Below, piece by piece: positions 59,746 through 64,000 of a DNA stretch of 64,000 bases. The translations under genes were made by a program, and so were the position numbers. Origin of the DNA: Albugo candida (Eukaryota); the NCBI GenBank assembly GCA_040437565.1, contig JBDOQK010000047.1, positions 62,001-126,000 on the forward strand, given 5' to 3'. Below the pieces are notes generated by a model that was not told the origin of the DNA, made no database searches, and was given only the letters and a program-made list of their open reading frames with translations. Each line of letters opens with the position of its first letter. Position 1 is the first letter of the stretch.

Positions 59746-61736
59746 TCAAACACCAGATTGGTGGTACGGTAACGATGGCCGCAATGGGAATCCTGGCTGC
59801 AGGTACATAGGCGGCGGCTGTGATCTTGGTGGTAAAGGACCCGAGCCAAATAATGAAGCAGCACCATACTGCGCTGCTACGTCTCCAGTGCTTCCATTAC
59901 GACCGCTTCCGGCGACTTGGACCAGAAAAACGTGACCGGATGGACAAGCAACGCGCATATTGAACATATGCGGCAACACACGCATTTGAATTTGACATTG
60001 TGGACATTGCACCAGAGCACCATGGATTCCACTTCGATAAGACGATATTGGTGGGATAGAGGGGGAAGGTGCCACAGGCTCTGTCGTAAGAGCTGGAGAC
60101 TGTCGACTTGTATATGGATCCAGCGTACGCGGTTTGATGTGTTCTTTCCGGACAGCTTCACCACAATCACGGCAGAAACGATGTCCGATTCGTACTCGCG
60201 GATGCTCACAATCTTTCCGAAGTTTTAGCTCTTTCANNNNNNNNNNNNNNNNNNNNNNNNNNNNNNNNNNNNNNNNNNNNNNNNNNNNNNNNNNNNNNNN
60301 NNNNNNNNNNNNNNNNNNNNNNNNNNNNNNNNNNNNTACGGTAACGATGGCCGCAATGGGAATCCTGGCTGCAGGTACATAGGCGGCGGCTGTGATCTTG
60401 GTGGTAAAGGACCCGAGCCAAATAATGAAGCAGCACCATACTGCGCTGCTACGTCTCCAGTGCTTCCATTACGACCGCTTCCGGCGACTTGGACCAGAAA
60501 AACGTGACCGGATGGACAAGCAACGCGCATATTGAACATATGCGGCAACACACGCATTTGAATTTGACATTGTGGACATTGCACCAGAGCACCATGGATT
60601 CCACTTCGATAAGACGATATTGGTGGGATAGAGGGGGAAGGTGCCACAGGCTCTGTCGTAAGAGCTGGAGACTGTCGACTTGTATATGGATCCAGCGTAC
60701 GCGGTTTGATGTGTTCTTTCCGGACAGCTTCACCACAATCACGGCAGAAACGATGTCCGATTCGTACTCGCGGATGCTCACAATCTTTCCGAAGTTTTAG
60801 CTCTTTCATTTCGGATCGACAAGAAGGACAATGCTCATAATTCGATCGTGTAGATCCCTGAATCTCCTTCAAACAATGCCAATGAAAATTATGCCCACAG
60901 GCGGTCGTGAGTATCGCATTTCCATGTTCCATATTCTCCAAACAAATCGCACATTCTTCCAATACGTCCGCAGCTGGCTTATTTTTATCCAATCCGACGA
61001 GAGTATTATCATACCGCGCGCATTGCATCATTTCACTACAAATTCGATCGTGTGTTTCTCTCAAAAAGTGAGTTTTGTGTTTATTGAAAAGTATCCAGGC
61101 ATGTGAGGATTCTCCACTCAGATTGGGTACACTGCGCGTTCGTATCAGACTTCCACGAGAATGATTCGGGATCGGATATTCTTCGTCCATATTTCGTACG
61201 TGTATTTCCAGTCGTTTAAGATTTCGTAGAAAGCGCTCATTTTTTTCCTGTTCTTTTCGTGTCCATTCTGCAGCTTCTTGTTCGATCACAGAACGATGTC
61301 GCGCTCGTGCGCGTTCCAAATCCTTTTGACGTCTCACGGAGGCTGCATGGTGACGTTGTTCTTGAACGCATCGATCGCATAAACGCACGGGTTCATTCGT
61401 GTACTTTACTAAAGTAGACAGCGGCATGAGTTTATGTGTACGAGCGCAATTGGTACAAACTGCGTGCCCGCAGACCTAGAGAGAAGCGTTGACAGGTTGA
61501 TAATGATGATAGTAATTCTGATTGGGTACCTTGCAGCGATGTTTTCGTCGAAAAGCGTGAAATTTTCTTTGACAAATATTACAGTCTGATGCCATTTCGT
61601 ACATTGTGGAAGAAGCGACGGATGATCCTCTTCGTATAGAAGGATCATAGGTGTTACGAGTTGATATTGTTGGTGACGTACTGACTGTAAATGGATTCAA
61701 GTCCGAATTCGAAGAACAAGGAGCTCCATGTGACAT
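59746..61736 (-). CDS. FYVE-like + RING-H2 zinc-finger protein (3' part duplicated across a gap)
   Basis: CNICQRKFHAFRRKHRCK|VCGHAVCTNC...RLCDRC; CAICLE..CGHNFHWHC..CPSCR. Confidence 0.88.
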
Positions 61737-62671
61737 GGTTTCGCGGCGCATCGGCTCTGTCGCGTTCTGTCGATATATATTTTGGCCAATTAAGAGGAGA
61801 GAAAGTATAGAAATTAAAATAGAAGGAGATGGAGGGATGATTTATGTAATTAGACAAAGAAGGAGCGCATGAAGACTGCGACAAAGGCCTTAAGACAGAG
61901 AATAGGTACAGGCGTATAGGTGTTATATGCTGATATTTGGGTTGTAATATGACAAGAGAGTAAGTAAGGTGAGAAATACGTATTGATGGACAGGTGTGAA
62001 GTTGAGTACATGCAAAACGGAATAGAGGTCAGACGTGTCTGATAACACAGTGAGTGTACAAGCTTTTTATAAATTTGAAAAATTTGATGAAAAGAAAACG
62101 TTCGTATACAAGACTAAGATTCAGTTACGTTTTGTAGATTTACTTGGTCCTCCAATGCGGTGCAAAATCAGAGTTACTTGCACTCAATTGGTTCGTGAGG
62201 CAACTAATAATAAACTTAATGCACTTTATCAGTACGGATCTAATTGCAAAATACCGTGGTTAGCAGTAGTTGTTTTATACAGAAGCGATATTAGTTATCG
62301 TACGAAAAGAGAGCGTTCATCAACATGGCTGGAAACGTGAGAAAGAATGCAGCAATGTACCTATATAATAGTGAGACTGATATATCCATATTTGACAGCC
62401 GGACAAAGTTGAGTAGCTAATTTTCCTATTTGCACTTGATTTTATAAAGCCGTGATTAGAAGTATTGCACAACGTGGACGTATACGTAGGGTTGATTTAA
62501 ACACAAGGCCATCACGGTTATGATGTGTTCGACCTTGTAAAATGTAACTGATATATAAAAAATAGAAGTGAAAAAAGCAGTAGTTATTACGCACTCCTCT
62601 GACGGATACTTGATTGCATACTGAATCTCCTATATCCGGTAACTATACACTAGTCCCTCAAAATCAGCGTT

Positions 62672-63804
62672 ATGATCGCAAGGAACGTGTCACCCGATGC
62701 AAATGAACCAAATGATTCCGAGTTCACAAAATCCCTCGTGATTGGCGTAATTTTTCCAAACAAGAAAATCGACCATCTTCGAAACATACTGAATGAAGAC
62801 CACCACAATATCCGTTTTCAATTAATCGACCTCACAGACGACATTCGAGAACCACGAGATCTCATCCAAAAGTATGGTCAATTGGATGCCATTCTCCACA
62901 AATTAGCGCATGATATGGTTTACGCTCAAAACGGTGACACAAATGCACAACGAAGAGTGGATTTGATTGAACTATACTCGCAAACGATTGGAAAAAAGAT
63001 TCCCATTATCGATGCACTACAAAACGTCCAGGTACTGACAGATCGTCAGCGCGTGTGTCAGATACTACAAGAGCATGCCTTGGATAAAACGAATGATGCT
63101 GCTTATCGCGTGTCAAAGTATTACGTAGTGAGCTCGGAAGAAGATTTTAGTGCATTGAAGGAAGCCATCCAAAATCAGTCACTGCGACTTCCCCTGATCG
63201 CAAAATCCATTGAAGCTTGTGGTAAGAAATATGCATCTCTTTTTTTTTGGAGGGTATGCTGAACGTGAATGATAGCTTCGGAACGATCGCATTTTATGAG
63301 TGTCATCACGCAGGTTTCCCAGCTGAAAATATCACAACACACGCTACTTTATCAGGTACTCACAGATACCTTAGTTATCAGTATACTTATACACTTTCCT
63401 CGTAGGAATTCATTAATCATAGTGGTCGATTATTCAAGGGTTACGTTTTAGGGGATCGTATACAAGTGGCGGAGCGCACATCACTCCCGAACATGACGAA
63501 AGACTGCGACATCATTGATTTTGATACACAGAAACCGTACCCAACAGCTTCTCAAACGAGCAATTTGGCTAGTGCACCTTCACCAAATCCGGAAGTCATA
63601 ACACAACGTATTCGAGCCATTGGCAGATCCATTCAAAAACGATTTGATGTATCGTTGTTTGGATTCGATGTTATCATTTCCGATACAGACGGTGAATTTT
63701 ACGTGATTGACGTGAATTACTTTCCATCGTATAAAGAAATGGATGATTTTGATTCCGCTTTACGTCAACATATTCACGCGGTTATCAGACAGTATACGTC
63801 TTAA
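62672..63804 (+). CDS. ITPK1: Inositol-tetrakisphosphate 1-kinase (ATP-grasp), 3 exons
   Basis: DAILHKL, PLIAKS, EFINHSG, SLPN, LFGFDVI, VIDVNYFPSY. Confidence 0.93.
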
Positions 63805-64000
63805 AATTAGTATACAATATTTCTCGAATAGTTTTGTCAATATACATAACTTGCTTATCCAGTCCGAAACGTTCATTCTCATAAAAAAATCTGGAAGTGA
63901 AGTTAATATACTTTAAATCGTTTTTTTAGTTTACATTTTACATGATAAATGCATTATAGCCAATCGTAGAGATGGAAACATCCTCATCGAGCGACACACC

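Larger units (their letters stand above)
218..60336. other. Fifteen 100-N scaffold gaps, most flanked by direct duplications (assembly overlaps)
   Basis: For example 19-217=319-517, 9620-10157=10258-10792, 35174-35792=35893-36511, 41876-42318=42419-42861, 59765-60236=60337-60808 (coordinates approximate). Confidence 0.9.

Noticed and set aside
1..64000. Prokaryotic-type systems (CRISPR, operons, defence islands) or intact transposons
   Set aside because: Intron-containing eukaryotic genes throughout; no spaced repeat array, transposase or reverse-transcriptase motifs seen

Overview
A very gene-dense eukaryotic scaffold with short (about 45-70 nt) spliceosomal introns and intergenic gaps often under 100 bp. 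Gene content and compaction suggest an oomycete, plausibly Albugo-like; this is inference, no database search was run. About 30 protein-coding genes can be reconstructed: C5orf34-like, PX protein, thioredoxin, RanBP2-ZnF protein, PPR-like, OST3/6, PRRC2/BAT2-like, CFAP36-like, FHA, RPS3A, PH/ankyrin, a 2331-aa tandem NCS/recoverin-type EF-hand protein, sestrin, seipin, STT3, a secreted tandem CBM25-like protein, TMA46, CaMKK, MFS, NAP1, HDAC1, a polymorphic secreted protein, an API5-RRM-RS fusion, a divergent DLST, MCM4, Tipin, FYVE-RING and ITPK1. There are fifteen 100-N gaps, most flanked by duplicated sequence (unmerged contig overlaps), which inflate or break several ORFs. I saw no rRNA, tRNA, CRISPR array or intact transposon, and no single clear-cut novel multi-gene system. 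The best leads are: an MCM4/Tipin head-to-head pair apparently 51 bp apart around an E2F-like site; a DLST-like gene with Leu at the catalytic Thr/Ser position; the 11-module EF-hand giant; two secreted effector candidates; and convergent genes with interlocked stop codons. Family assignments come from recalled motifs compared by eye.
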